From assembly GCA_023399275.1 (NCBI GenBank), contig JAEWQH010000009.1:2489-66488 (forward strand): a stretch of DNA of 64,000 bases, given 5' to 3'. This document shows, in pieces, positions 9,675 to 19,606 of the stretch; positions within the stretch are counted from its first letter, which is position 1, and the number at the start of each line of letters is the position of its first letter. The notes below the pieces were generated by a model, which did not search any database, was not told where the DNA came from, and worked only from the letters and a program-made list of their open reading frames with translations. This stretch comes from Bacillota bacterium. GTDB lineage: Bacteria > Bacillota > Clostridia > Christensenellales > CAG-138. The position numbers were made by a program, and so were the translations under genes.

Positions 9675-10589
9675 TCAGTTTTCCTTTGTATACGAAACGC
9701 CGAGCTTGGCGGGCACGCTGAAGTTGCTCCGCGCAATGGTCAGCACGATCGTGAGAATATACGGCAGCGCGATGATGAGCTCATTGGGGAAAATGGTATG
9801 TCCGCTGACCGCCTGTATATAGATCGCCACCGCATCGGCAAAGCCGAAGGCCAGTGTGCCGAGCACGACGCCTTTCGGACTCCAGTTGCCAAGAAAGCAG
9901 ATCGCAAAGGCGATCCAGCCGCGGCCGCCGATGATGCTGCTCGTGAACATGCCCAGATACCCAACGGTGTAAAACGAGCCGGCAAGGCCACCGATGGCGC
10001 CTGCGAGCAGAACCGTGAAGAAACGGATCCGGTTGACGTTGAGCCCCGCAACATCCACCGCCTCCGGGTTTTCGCCCGTGGAACGCAGCGTCAGCCCCAG
10101 CGAGGTTCGATAGAGCACAAACGCCGCAACGGGGATGATCAGATACGCCAGATAGGTCAAAATGTTTTGCTGGAAGAAGATCGGCCCGATCACAGGGATC
10201 TTTGAAAGCAGCGGGATAGCGATCTTGGGCAGCGTGGAGATCTGCAGCGGTGTCGTCGGCACGCCGAAGAGCACACGCTGAAAATAGGCGCACACGCCCG
10301 CCGCGAGGATATTGAGCGCCGTACCGGTCACGACCTGCTGCTGCTTCATATATACGGTTACGACGCCATAGAGCGCAGCCATCAGAACACCGCAGAGAAC
10401 CGCACACAGCAGACCGAGCGCGAGGCTCCCCGTCAGATATGCGCCGACGAACCCGCCCCATGCGCCGATGAGAAAGATGCCCTCGATGGCACAGATCATC
10501 ATGCCGGTGCGCTCCGCGTATACCTCCGCCATCGCACCGAGCAGCAGCGGCGTGCTCATCATGATGGCGCGCGTAAACAGATTGACCAT
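9675..10589 (-). CDS. BMP-family (nucleoside/simple-sugar type) ABC transporter permease
   Basis: 304 aa multi-TM protein with YufQ/NupQ-like organisation. Last gene of a 4-gene operon. Confidence 0.85.
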   Translation of the reverse strand: MVNLFTRAIMMSTPLLLGAMAEVYAERTGMMICAIEGIFLIGAWGGFVGAYLTGSLALGLLCAVLCGVLMAALYGVVTVYMKQQQVVTGTALNILAAGVCAYFQRVLFGVPTTPLQISTLPKIAIPLLSKIPVIGPIFFQQNILTYLAYLIIPVAAFVLYRTSLGLTLRSTGENPEAVDVAGLNVNRIRFFTVLLAGAIGGLAGSFYTVGYLGMFTSSIIGGRGWIAFAICFLGNWSPKGVVLGTLAFGFADAVAIYIQAVSGHTIFPNELIIALPYILTIVLTIARSNFSVPAKLGVSYTKEN

Positions 10590-10592
10590 TCG

Positions 10593-11657
10593 CTATACAC
10601 CCGCCTTTCGCATGCGCCGCTTCTCGGCGCGGTTCTCCGCCCAGCGGCGGACGAAATAGGACATGATCACGCAGATCATCACGATGCCCTCGATCAGATC
10701 TATGATGCTCGCCGGAATGTTCAGGCCCGGCAGGCGGCCCATGGTCGTGCCCATCACGTTTAAAAACCCAAACAGGATCGAGGCAAAGATGCAGCCGATG
10801 GGGTTGCCGTTTGCCAGGATGGCGATGCCGATGCCAAAAGAACCGATCGACGCGTTGAAGTTCTGCAGCAGCATATGCTGCACGCCGTTGATCTCCGAAA
10901 AGCCTGCCATGCCCGCAAGGCCGCCCGCAATCAGAAAAGCCACGACATAGATGCGGCCGGAACGAATTCCGCCGAGCTCGGCGGCGTTGTGATTGTAGCC
11001 CACCGCGCGGATGCGAAAGCCGAGCGCCGTGTGAAACAGCAGCGCCCAGATGAAAACCGCGGTGAGAACCGCGATGACAAACCCCAGATGCACGCGCGTG
11101 CCGGGGATGATGACCGGCAGATAGGCGCTCTTTGCGATCGCGTCGGTCTGCAGATACTCCGCCTTGGTCTCCTGCAGGCCTGTGCGCAGCAGGTAGTCCA
11201 TCAGCGCGCTGACGACGTAGGTGGACATCATGCTTACCAAAAACTCGTTTGCGCGAAACTTCGCCTTGACAAAACCGATCAGCCCGCCCACCGCCGCGCC
11301 CGCGGCAAAGGAGCAAACGAGCACGACCGCGATTAGCAGCGCCTGCGGCACCCGGTCCCCCAGCGCCAGCGAGAGCGCAACGGCCGCGATGGCGCCGGCG
11401 TAGAACTGCCCCTGGGCGCCGATGTTAAATAGATTTGCCTTGTAGGTAAACGCAAACGCAAGGGAGGTGAAGATCAGCGGCGTGGCCTTGACGAAGATCT
11501 CGCCGATGGTATAGCCATCCGACGTGATCTTTTTCACCGCGGCGGCGATGACCTCGACGGGGTTCAGCTTCAAAAACAGCAGCAGGCTCGCGCTGATGGC
11601 GAGGCCAACGATCACCGCGCCGATGTTGTAGAGCGGCACGCCCAGTTTTCGCTTCAT
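10593..11657 (-). CDS. BMP-family ABC transporter permease
   Basis: 354 aa multi-TM, YufP/NupP-like. 4-nt overlap with the upstream ATPase gene. Confidence 0.85.
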   Translation of the reverse strand: MKRKLGVPLYNIGAVIVGLAISASLLLFLKLNPVEVIAAAVKKITSDGYTIGEIFVKATPLIFTSLAFAFTYKANLFNIGAQGQFYAGAIAAVALSLALGDRVPQALLIAVVLVCSFAAGAAVGGLIGFVKAKFRANEFLVSMMSTYVVSALMDYLLRTGLQETKAEYLQTDAIAKSAYLPVIIPGTRVHLGFVIAVLTAVFIWALLFHTALGFRIRAVGYNHNAAELGGIRSGRIYVVAFLIAGGLAGMAGFSEINGVQHMLLQNFNASIGSFGIGIAILANGNPIGCIFASILFGFLNVMGTTMGRLPGLNIPASIIDLIEGIVMICVIMSYFVRRWAENRAEKRRMRKAGV

Positions 11658-13180
11658 GCGCCCACCTCCGTTTTCTCCGGCACGCCCGCCATCAGCAGGC
11701 CGATCTCGGCGGTCGTCTTCTCGCCGTTTCGAAAAACGCCCATCACGCGCCCTTTATACATCACCGCGATGCGGTCGCACAGCTCAAAAAGCTCCGTCAG
11801 TTCCGTGGAAACCAGCAAAACCGCTTTCCCTCGCTCCTTCTCTTCCCGTATGATCCGGTGAATGCGGTCAACCGCGCCCATATCCAGCCCGCGCGTCGGC
11901 TGGTTGAGCACAAGCAGCTTCCTGCCCAGATCCACCTCGCGCGCGAGCACGACCTTCTGCTGGTTGCCGCCAGAGAGGCTGCGCGCCGGATCGCTCGGCC
12001 CCGTCGCCTTCACGCGGTGCTCTGCCATCTTCTCCGCGGTGTAGCGGTTCAGCGCGCGCTGGCGAATCCAGCCTCGGCGCTGCCAACGCGGATCAAAGCT
12101 GCTTTTGAGCAGCATATTCTCCGCTAGCGTCATATCCATCACCATACCGTCGCGGTAGCGGTCCACCGGCACATAGCCCATACCCGCCTCGATCCGCGCG
12201 CGAATGCTCTCGCCGGAGATCTCGCGCCCGCAAAACAAAATCTTGCCGCAGGTGGCCGCCCGCGCGCCGCAGACGATATCGCACAGCTCGTCCTGTCCGT
12301 TTCCGCTCACACCGGCGACGCCGAATATCTCGCCTTCGTGCACAGCGAAGGTCACGCCGTCCACACAGGCCGGCGATCCTTTGCGCGAAAAAGAAACATC
12401 CCGCAACTCCAGCACGGCGGGCGACGCCGTGGTATCTGCATCCGAGGGTGCCTCCGGCGGCTCAATGTCCTGCCCGATCATCAGCTTTGCCAGGCGGTGC
12501 TCATCCGTTTCTTCGCGGCGGACGGTATCCACCACCACGCCGCCGCGCATCACGACGATGCGGTCGGCAACCTCCATCACCTCTTTGAGCTTGTGGGTGA
12601 TGAAGATAACGGCGTTTCCGCGGGCGGCGAAGTCCTGGATAAAGCGCATGAGCACCTCCGCCTCCTGCGGCGTGAGTACCGCCGTAGGTTCGTCCATGAT
12701 GAGGATGCTCGCGTTGATGTACAGCGCCTTGAGGATCTCGATCTTTTGCTGCACGCCCACGGCGAGTTCGCCGACCTTCTGATCGACAGGGATTTCAAAG
12801 CCATATTGTCCGGCCAACGCACGGATGCGCGCATTGCATTCCCTGAGGGAAATGTAGCCGTGTACGTTGCCGAGGATGATGTTTTCGGCCGCCGTATGGG
12901 TAGGCACCAGCGAAAAGTGCTGCTGGATCATGGCGATGCCAAGCTGCATCGCATCCGCCGGCGACTTGATCTGGGCCTCCTCGCCGCGGATGAGAATGGT
13001 TCCCTCGTCCTTCCCGTACAGGCCGTACAAAATCTTCATAATCGTGCTCTTGCCCGCGCCGTTTTCGCCGAGCAGGGCAACCACCTCGCCCGCGCACACG
13101 CTGAGCGAAACGTCCCTGTTGGCGACGACCTTGGCAAAGTATTTGGATACATGGCGGATCTCTACGACAGGCGTTGACAT
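11654..13180 (-). CDS. BMP-family ABC transporter ATP-binding protein (tandem ABC domains)
   Basis: 508 aa. Walker A GENGAGKST, LSGGNQQKV signature. AAGGAGAG RBS. Confidence 0.9.
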   Translation of the reverse strand: MSTPVVEIRHVSKYFAKVVANRDVSLSVCAGEVVALLGENGAGKSTIMKILYGLYGKDEGTILIRGEEAQIKSPADAMQLGIAMIQQHFSLVPTHTAAENIILGNVHGYISLRECNARIRALAGQYGFEIPVDQKVGELAVGVQQKIEILKALYINASILIMDEPTAVLTPQEAEVLMRFIQDFAARGNAVIFITHKLKEVMEVADRIVVMRGGVVVDTVRREETDEHRLAKLMIGQDIEPPEAPSDADTTASPAVLELRDVSFSRKGSPACVDGVTFAVHEGEIFGVAGVSGNGQDELCDIVCGARAATCGKILFCGREISGESIRARIEAGMGYVPVDRYRDGMVMDMTLAENMLLKSSFDPRWQRRGWIRQRALNRYTAEKMAEHRVKATGPSDPARSLSGGNQQKVVLAREVDLGRKLLVLNQPTRGLDMGAVDRIHRIIREEKERGKAVLLVSTELTELFELCDRIAVMYKGRVMGVFRNGEKTTAEIGLLMAGVPEKTEVGA

Positions 13181-13338
13181 GTGCTCTCTCCTTGCGGATA
13201 GACCGGAACGCCGGGATGCGTTTGCAATCCCGCGATGTTTCGCTTTGGATGGCTTTCGCAGCCGGCGTCCGGTCGGATGGTTCAGAGGTTTTTTCCGTCG
13301 TTGTGCCGCGGTCCGCAGAAGCGGGCGCGGCGGGTCAA

Positions 13339-14406
13339 TCAGTCAAACAGCGCCTTGAGATCGGCCGTGCCGGCCTTGAGCGCCTCAACCCCCGCATTGC
13401 AGGCGTCGATGGCTTCCTGCGGGCAGTTCTCGGTGTAGACCGGGAAATAGATGCCCTCGGCTACGCCGACTTCGATGATCTGGTTGCCCTTGAGGTCGTT
13501 GTTGAGCCACTTGTTTATGGCCCAGACATACATCGTGGCATAATCGAAGTTGATGGAGGCCACGACAGTGGCGGGATCGATCGTGGTTTGATCAGAGGAG
13601 TAGCCGACGACCTTCGCCCCCTTCTCGATCGCGCCGTTGATCACGCCGAGGCCGAGCTCGTTTGCATAGGCAAACATCACGTCCGCGCCTTCGTCGATCA
13701 TGTTTTCAGACATCTGCTTGCCCAGCGCGATGTCGCTCCAGCTGTTGGCATACGCAAGGTTGTAGCTCGCGTCCGCAAGGCCGCGCTCCTTGGCGATCGC
13801 CACCGCGGTCTTTCCGTATACGGCCATGAGATCCTGCATCGCCTGATTCGGGTCGCCGCCGATCATACCGAACTTGCCGCTCTGGGTAAGATACCCTGCG
13901 ATGATGCCCGCGAGGTAGGACGCCTCATACTCCTTGGGGAAGAGCGGGCAGAGGTTCGCGCCGTCGCTGTTGGAGCCGTTGACGAGCATAAACAGCGTAT
14001 CCGGATAACTCGCGGCAACGGTTGCGGCCGCTTCGTCAAACTGGGAACCGGCGGCCATGATGATGTCGTAGCCGCGCTCCGCATACTCGCGGAAGGTGGA
14101 CTCAAAGTCGGCCTCGGCAACCGCTTCGACATATTCCATGTTGGTGCCGAGCTGTTCATTGCAGGCGACGACGCCGGCGTAGTTGGAGGCGTTCCAGCCC
14201 TGGTCGTTGATCTGGCCGGGCAGCAGCAAAACGATCTTGACATCCGCCGCGGTTCTCTCTGTAGCGGGGGCTTGCGTCGCCTCCGCCGCGGGAGCCTCGG
14301 TTGCAGTTCCCTCCGCCGCGGGTTCGGTCGTTGCGGCGGGCGCGCAGCCGACGAACAGTGCGGAGACCATGATCAGGGCCAATACGAGCGCGATAGACTT
14401 TTTCAT
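13339..14406 (-). CDS. BMP-family (basic membrane protein / PnrA-like) substrate-binding lipoprotein
   Basis: 355 aa. Lipobox FVGC, A/T/E/P linker, and LLLPGQINDQGWN, typical of the Bmp/Med/TmpC family. GAAGGAGG RBS. Confidence 0.85.
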   Translation of the reverse strand: MKKSIALVLALIMVSALFVGCAPAATTEPAAEGTATEAPAAEATQAPATERTAADVKIVLLLPGQINDQGWNASNYAGVVACNEQLGTNMEYVEAVAEADFESTFREYAERGYDIIMAAGSQFDEAAATVAASYPDTLFMLVNGSNSDGANLCPLFPKEYEASYLAGIIAGYLTQSGKFGMIGGDPNQAMQDLMAVYGKTAVAIAKERGLADASYNLAYANSWSDIALGKQMSENMIDEGADVMFAYANELGLGVINGAIEKGAKVVGYSSDQTTIDPATVVASINFDYATMYVWAINKWLNNDLKGNQIIEVGVAEGIYFPVYTENCPQEAIDACNAGVEALKAGTADLKALFD

Positions 14407-14607
14407 TTGGATCCTCCTTCATTCTCTCTCAAACTATAGCCTTTGAACCCCTTTGTCCGGCTACACTTCGATTGTACCCCCGTGAAAAAGGCCCGCTCAA
14501 TGTGCCCGCATTACGGTTTTGTTGAAAATATTACGCTTCTTGACACAAAGTTCACAATTGAGGCGCAAGCGGTCGCCCGCTTTCGAAAACGGCGGCGCGG
14601 CGGGCCG

Positions 14608-15372
14608 CTACGGCTCCGCCTGCGACCCGGCGGCGAACTTGTTGCGATATTCCAGCGGCGTCACGCCGTATTTCCTGCGAAATGCGCTGCTGAAGTACCG
14701 CGCGTCCGAGAAGCCGACCAGCGCCGCGACGTCGCCGATCTTGCGCCCCACATCCGCCAGATAGCGTTTGGAGCGCTCCATGCGCACGTCGTTGAGATAG
14801 TCTGAAAAGTTCTGTCCCGTGGTCTTTTTGAATAGCTCCGAAAGATAGTTTGGCGAGATGTAGAGCGCGCCTGCCGCATCCCTGAGCGTAAACTTCGCGT
14901 GGTGGTTTTGCTCGATGAGCTCCATCGCGCGCAAAATGAGCAGGTTTTGCACCGGGGCCGCACCCTCCGGCGGCGCAACCTCGCGGCGGATGCGCTCCGT
15001 CCGCTCCAGCAGCTCGCGTTCGATCTGCCCGAGCGCCTGGATGATCTCGTCCGGCGCGGTCGGCTTGGTCAGATACTTGCGCACGCCGAGCTCGATCGCC
15101 CGCTGCGCATAGTCAAAGCGGCTGTAGCCGCTGAGGATGATCACGGGTATCTCCGTGTTGACCGAGCGGATCTCGCGGATCATATCCAGCCCCTGCATGC
15201 CGGGCATACGGATATCCGTAATGACGACGTCCACCTCGTTTTCATAGAGAAAATCCAGCGCGCTCCGCGCTTCGGCAAACACGCCCGCCACGCACCAGCC
15301 CTCGCGCTGGCTCAGCAGCCGGCTCAGCCCTTTCCGAATCTTCGGCTCGTCGTCTACGATGATGATTTGCAT
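14608..15372 (-). CDS. Two-component response regulator, REC + AraC-type HTH (YesN-like)
   Basis: ORF trimmed to the ATG at 15372 (MQIIIVDDEPKIRKG…) after GGAGGCGGAGC. The C-terminus carries an AraC HTH (…VGFSDARYFSSAFRRKYGVTPLEYR). Confidence 0.9.
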   Translation of the reverse strand: MQIIIVDDEPKIRKGLSRLLSQREGWCVAGVFAEARSALDFLYENEVDVVITDIRMPGMQGLDMIREIRSVNTEIPVIILSGYSRFDYAQRAIELGVRKYLTKPTAPDEIIQALGQIERELLERTERIRREVAPPEGAAPVQNLLILRAMELIEQNHHAKFTLRDAAGALYISPNYLSELFKKTTGQNFSDYLNDVRMERSKRYLADVGRKIGDVAALVGFSDARYFSSAFRRKYGVTPLEYRNKFAAGSQAEP

Positions 15373-17171
15373 GCTCCGCCTCCTTCCTGCGCACAGGTCT
15401 GCTCCGCCGGCCGGATCAGCGCCGCTTCGTCGTCCAGCGGCAGGCTGATGGTGACGGAAACACCGCCGCCCAGCCGATTGTCCACCGTGAACGCGCATCG
15501 TTCGCCAAAGTGCAGCTGCAGCCGCCGCGCGACGTTTCGCACACCGATGTTCTTGTAGCCGATGGTGTCGTTTCGCAGCAGCCGCTTGAACTGATAGAGC
15601 TCATCCGGCGTCATGCCGCGGCCATTGTCGCTGACCGTGATGAGCACGCGCCCGCCTTCGCGGCGCGCTACGACGCGCACGGTACCGTCCCGCCCAGCGT
15701 GCTGGATGCCGTGGTCGATGGCATTCTCGATCAGCGGCTGCAAAAACAGCTTCGGCACCTTGAATTTCTCGATGGAGAGGTCGAGGTCCAGCGTGAACTC
15801 CAGCCTGTCCTCCAGCCGGTATTTTTGAATCAGCAGGTAATCCTTGACATAGCGGCATTCCTCCAGCAGCGTCACCATACTGCTCCCCGTGTCCATGCTG
15901 TACTGCATGAGCTTGCCGAGCGCAACGACGATCGCGCTGGCCTCCATATCGTCCCGCTCGATGAGCATCCAGTTGATGGTGTCGAGCGTGTTGTAGAGAA
16001 AATGCGGGTTGATCTGCGCCTGCAGCGCCTCGATCTCGGCCGTTTTCTGCGCAATCTTCTCCTGATAGACCTGATTGACCAGAATGCGGATGCGGTTGAC
16101 CATATAGTTGAACGTCTCGGTCAGCTCTCCGATCTCGTCTTTGCGGTCGTTTTCCAGCTGCAGCTCAAAGTTTTTGTCTTGCACCTGCTTCATGCCGTTT
16201 TTCAGTCGGGCGAGCGGCTTCGTGATCGCGATGGACAGTATGAGCAGAAACAGCGACGCCAGCGACACGGAGATGGCAACCAGAACGACGGTATACTGCT
16301 TGAGCGACCCCGCCTCGGGAAAGAGCTTGCTCTCGGGGATCATCGTGAAAGTGATCCACCCGGTCAGGCCGTTGTATTGCGCGCAGACATAGTATGGCGT
16401 TCCTCCCAGCTCCACGATGGACTTTCGCTCCCCCGCGCGGTAGCGTTCGAGTATGCTTGCGCGCCAGTCGTCATTGACGGTGTTGTCCGCGTAGATCACG
16501 TCGCCGTTGCGATCGGTGACAAAGGTGGTCTGATAGCCCAAGATCTTCTGCTTGGTCAGAATCGCACTGCCGAAGTCGCGCGGGCTGATCTGCACCGCAA
16601 CGAGCCCGACGGTATCCCCGGAAGAATCCCGTATGCCGGAGTAAGCCAGCAGGATCTTCGATTGATCGCCCGGATTGGGATAGAGGTTTTCGGAAAGGTT
16701 CGACCAGATCGTCTTGCCGGGGTATTGCGCCGCGGCGGCATAGAGCGCCGCAAGCAGCGCGGCATCCGGCTGCCGCGTCTCCTCGCCGCTCGCATAGGCG
16801 ACCTGCCCTCCGAGCAAAACGCTTACGTCGCTGATCTCCACAAACGGGCCGAAGAGATTTTCGCACAGGCGCGAGAGTCCCGCGGTACCGATGATGGCCG
16901 GGGCTTGCGCGCCGCTCAGCGCGGCCAGCTCCGCCGCCTCCGCGCTCTGCGTTACGGTTCGCATCAGGCTGTCGATCTGCCGCACCTTGGCATTGAGGCT
17001 TACGTCGATGCGATTGATCGTATCGGCAAGCACGCGTTTTTCGCTCTGGCGCACAACGGTGTCCGCCTTGCTGTAGGATAGCGCGCCGACGACTACCCCC
17101 AGCAGCGCAAGCGGAATCGCGCCCATGAGCAGCAGCTTTTTCCAGAACGATATATTTTTAAAAAACTCCAT
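15354..17171 (-). CDS. Sensor histidine kinase (YesM-like: 2 TM, HAMP, His_kinase, HATPase_c)
   Basis: 605 aa. Motif QINPHFLYNTLDTI, then the C-terminal ATPase region DNGRGM…GVRNV. Its 3' end overlaps the regulator start by 19 nt. Confidence 0.9.
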   Translation of the reverse strand: MEFFKNISFWKKLLLMGAIPLALLGVVVGALSYSKADTVVRQSEKRVLADTINRIDVSLNAKVRQIDSLMRTVTQSAEAAELAALSGAQAPAIIGTAGLSRLCENLFGPFVEISDVSVLLGGQVAYASGEETRQPDAALLAALYAAAAQYPGKTIWSNLSENLYPNPGDQSKILLAYSGIRDSSGDTVGLVAVQISPRDFGSAILTKQKILGYQTTFVTDRNGDVIYADNTVNDDWRASILERYRAGERKSIVELGGTPYYVCAQYNGLTGWITFTMIPESKLFPEAGSLKQYTVVLVAISVSLASLFLLILSIAITKPLARLKNGMKQVQDKNFELQLENDRKDEIGELTETFNYMVNRIRILVNQVYQEKIAQKTAEIEALQAQINPHFLYNTLDTINWMLIERDDMEASAIVVALGKLMQYSMDTGSSMVTLLEECRYVKDYLLIQKYRLEDRLEFTLDLDLSIEKFKVPKLFLQPLIENAIDHGIQHAGRDGTVRVVARREGGRVLITVSDNGRGMTPDELYQFKRLLRNDTIGYKNIGVRNVARRLQLHFGERCAFTVDNRLGGGVSVTISLPLDDEAALIRPAEQTCAQEGGGACKSSS

Positions 17172-17203
17172 CGTCTCCCCCGCAGCGGCCTGTGTTCAAC
17201 TGA

Positions 17204-17232
17204 ATTGTAACGGAATCGGCGCGGGTTGACAA
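17204..17232 (-). promoter_or_regulatory. Candidate promoter for the kinase/regulator operon
   Basis: Minus strand reads TTGTCA, 17 nt, TACAAT. Confidence 0.45.
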
Positions 17233-17255
17233 ATATTTCGTATCCCAACCGGGCT

Positions 17256-19346
17256 TCATGCGCCCGGCGGCGTCACCCAGGGCTTGCTCCCGTCGTTGTA
17301 GACGGGGTCGTCAACGCCCGGCACGAGGTCGGATGTGCCCCAGAACAGCCCATCCGTCCACGGACGCTGCACATCGCTGCCGATGCCGCTGTGCTGCGAC
17401 AGGCTTTCGCCCATGAAGATCATGGCGGTCGAGGCCCCTCCATCGAGGTTATAGGCAACCCGGCAGCCATACAGGTAGAAGAGCTGCGTAAACTCCTGCA
17501 GCGTCATGCCAACGCTGTGATCCTTTTGCCGCCCGTCTACGGTGATCGCGATAAAGTAACCCGGTTCGACCATGCCGAGGCCGCTTCTGGGATTCGCGCG
17601 CTCAAGGTTGCTGCGGCTCGTACTCTTGCCGCGCACGCCGTCGTTGAGCAGCGTCGGCCCAAACGAAAACGTATTGAGCACGCCCTGCGCAAGCAGTTCT
17701 TCGGCGGAGATCGTTCCTGGTTTATAGATCCGGATCGTGAGCTCATCCGGATCAAACGCCATGATATCCTCCGCCTGATTGCGACTGTAGACCTTGCCGT
17801 TGCGCATCAGTATGCCCTTTTGGTCCACCTCCGCCTGAATCAGGTTGTCCCCCGTGATGCCGAGCACCGCGCGGTAGCGCCGCGCCATTCGCCAGGCGTG
17901 CTCAAGCCCCGGCTGGGCCAGTGGGTTATCGTTTCGCACCCCGGCAAAGAAGGCGTCCTCCCCGCGCATGCGGATCTGCGCAACGCAGCAGGTGATCGGC
18001 TCGCCGCTCGCCCGGGTGAGGTGAATGCGGTCTATGAGGATGGAGAGCGTGTCCGAGCGGTACGCCCAGTGCTCGTTTTCGGGGTCGTTTACGACCACCT
18101 CCTGCGGGTCATCCCCGCTGCGGAAATACGCATCCCATGGATCGGGTGTCGGCGTCGGCTCCGCGGATGCGGTCGCCGTGGGTGTCGCCGTCGGCCCGGG
18201 CGTAAGCGCAGGCGCGGGCGACTCTACCCCTTCTGCCGCTCCATCCAGCCGGCCGCGCGCCGTAAGAACCAGCGCCGCAGCCAGGCAGAGCGCGCAGGCG
18301 GCGATCGCCGCGCGTCGAAGCAACGCGCGCCGCCAAAGGAGAATGGCCGCGGCAAGGGCCGCAACGGCGAGCACGCCTAGAACGGCCGCCGTGGTCGGAC
18401 GCGGACTCGCCTCCTCCCGGGCAATGCCGGCCTCTGCGTACGGCAAGCCGTCCGCAGAGGGTTCCTCCGGCGCGGGCGTCGGCGTTTTCACCGGCTCCGG
18501 CGTCGGCGAAACCATCGGCGTCGGCGACGCCGTGGGGCCGAGAAGCGCCGCATCCAGCCCGTCGAACAGGTCGCCGGATGTCGGATCAAACGCGGATTCA
18601 TCCGCGGCGAAGGCGAGGCCGTACTGCGCGCTTGTATAGCCCGGCCCGTCGCTGATCTCGATCGGGTATGTCTCCGGATAGTACGCGTACCCTTGCCGGT
18701 CGAGCGCCAGCGCATTCAACCCATCAAAACGCTCGAGCGGCCGGGTGCGGTCGATCACCACCGGTGCATCGCCGTATTGGTGCGAAAAAAGCCGCAGCAC
18801 CTGCCACGCGCCATACAGCTCCGCGCTCTGCGGATACCGCGTCGCCTCATCGGTGTAGCGCACAGCCTGCACCGTGCAGCTCGATGCAACGATATGCGCA
18901 CCGTGCCCGTACTCGCCCTGCGCATCGTGCGTAAGCACGACGGCGGGCCGATACTGGCGGATGACGCCGACGAGATACGTCGTCACCGCACGGCTGTCCC
19001 AGTAGAGCAGCGCCTCACGCTCCGTACTGGTGTAGACGGAGGAAAACGAGCCAAAGACAGCGCGCACGCGATCCCCAAAGCGCGCGAGCGCGTCCCTCGC
19101 CGCCTGCCGCTGCGCCGCGCCGTCGCTCGAGAGATAGACGACCACGGCGGAGCGCCCCTGTTCCCCGGCATACAGCGGCAGCGCGCCGCCGAGAAAGAGA
19201 TACTCGTCCCCGGGATGCGCGCAGACGATCATGAGGTCCACGCCACCCTGCGCGGATGTGGACTCCGCCGCTCCCGCCGAGGGCGTGAGAAAAAGGGCTC
19301 CCAAAACGACCGCCGCACTCAGGGCGGCCAAGAGTTTTTTTCGCAT
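17256..19346 (-). CDS. Bifunctional-looking envelope protein: N-terminal PIG-L/LmbE-type deacetylase + TM pair + C-terminal phosphodiester glycosidase (NAGPA/DUF2233-like)
   Basis: ORF trimmed to the ATG at 19346 (MRKKLLAALSAAVVLGA…, signal-like). Contains VCAHPGDEYLFLGG and HDAQGEYGHGAH (PIG-L motifs), P/T/A-rich linkers, two central hydrophobic helices, and a C-terminal …ITVDGRQ…YNLDGGASTAMIF… region. Confidence 0.7.
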   Translation of the reverse strand: MRKKLLAALSAAVVLGALFLTPSAGAAESTSAQGGVDLMIVCAHPGDEYLFLGGALPLYAGEQGRSAVVVYLSSDGAAQRQAARDALARFGDRVRAVFGSFSSVYTSTEREALLYWDSRAVTTYLVGVIRQYRPAVVLTHDAQGEYGHGAHIVASSCTVQAVRYTDEATRYPQSAELYGAWQVLRLFSHQYGDAPVVIDRTRPLERFDGLNALALDRQGYAYYPETYPIEISDGPGYTSAQYGLAFAADESAFDPTSGDLFDGLDAALLGPTASPTPMVSPTPEPVKTPTPAPEEPSADGLPYAEAGIAREEASPRPTTAAVLGVLAVAALAAAILLWRRALLRRAAIAACALCLAAALVLTARGRLDGAAEGVESPAPALTPGPTATPTATASAEPTPTPDPWDAYFRSGDDPQEVVVNDPENEHWAYRSDTLSILIDRIHLTRASGEPITCCVAQIRMRGEDAFFAGVRNDNPLAQPGLEHAWRMARRYRAVLGITGDNLIQAEVDQKGILMRNGKVYSRNQAEDIMAFDPDELTIRIYKPGTISAEELLAQGVLNTFSFGPTLLNDGVRGKSTSRSNLERANPRSGLGMVEPGYFIAITVDGRQKDHSVGMTLQEFTQLFYLYGCRVAYNLDGGASTAMIFMGESLSQHSGIGSDVQRPWTDGLFWGTSDLVPGVDDPVYNDGSKPWVTPPGA

Positions 19347-19606
19347 CGGCTTCTCCAGACAAATCCATCCTCTGCGCACGGCGCGGCAAAAAGCCGCCGC
19401 AGCTCCGGCTGATATGCTACCTATTATAGCAGAAAACCCTGCGCGCGCGTTTTTCACCTCACTCCGTGAGAACCGCCGCTTTGCAAAGCGCGGCGCCCCC
19501 GCAGGCCGCCCCCAGGCGGCATCCAACCCGACGGATACGGGCGAAGGAATTGCACTCGGGTCCGCTAAGGCGTATACTGTTGCTATTCTTGGTTGGAGAG
19601 AAATGC

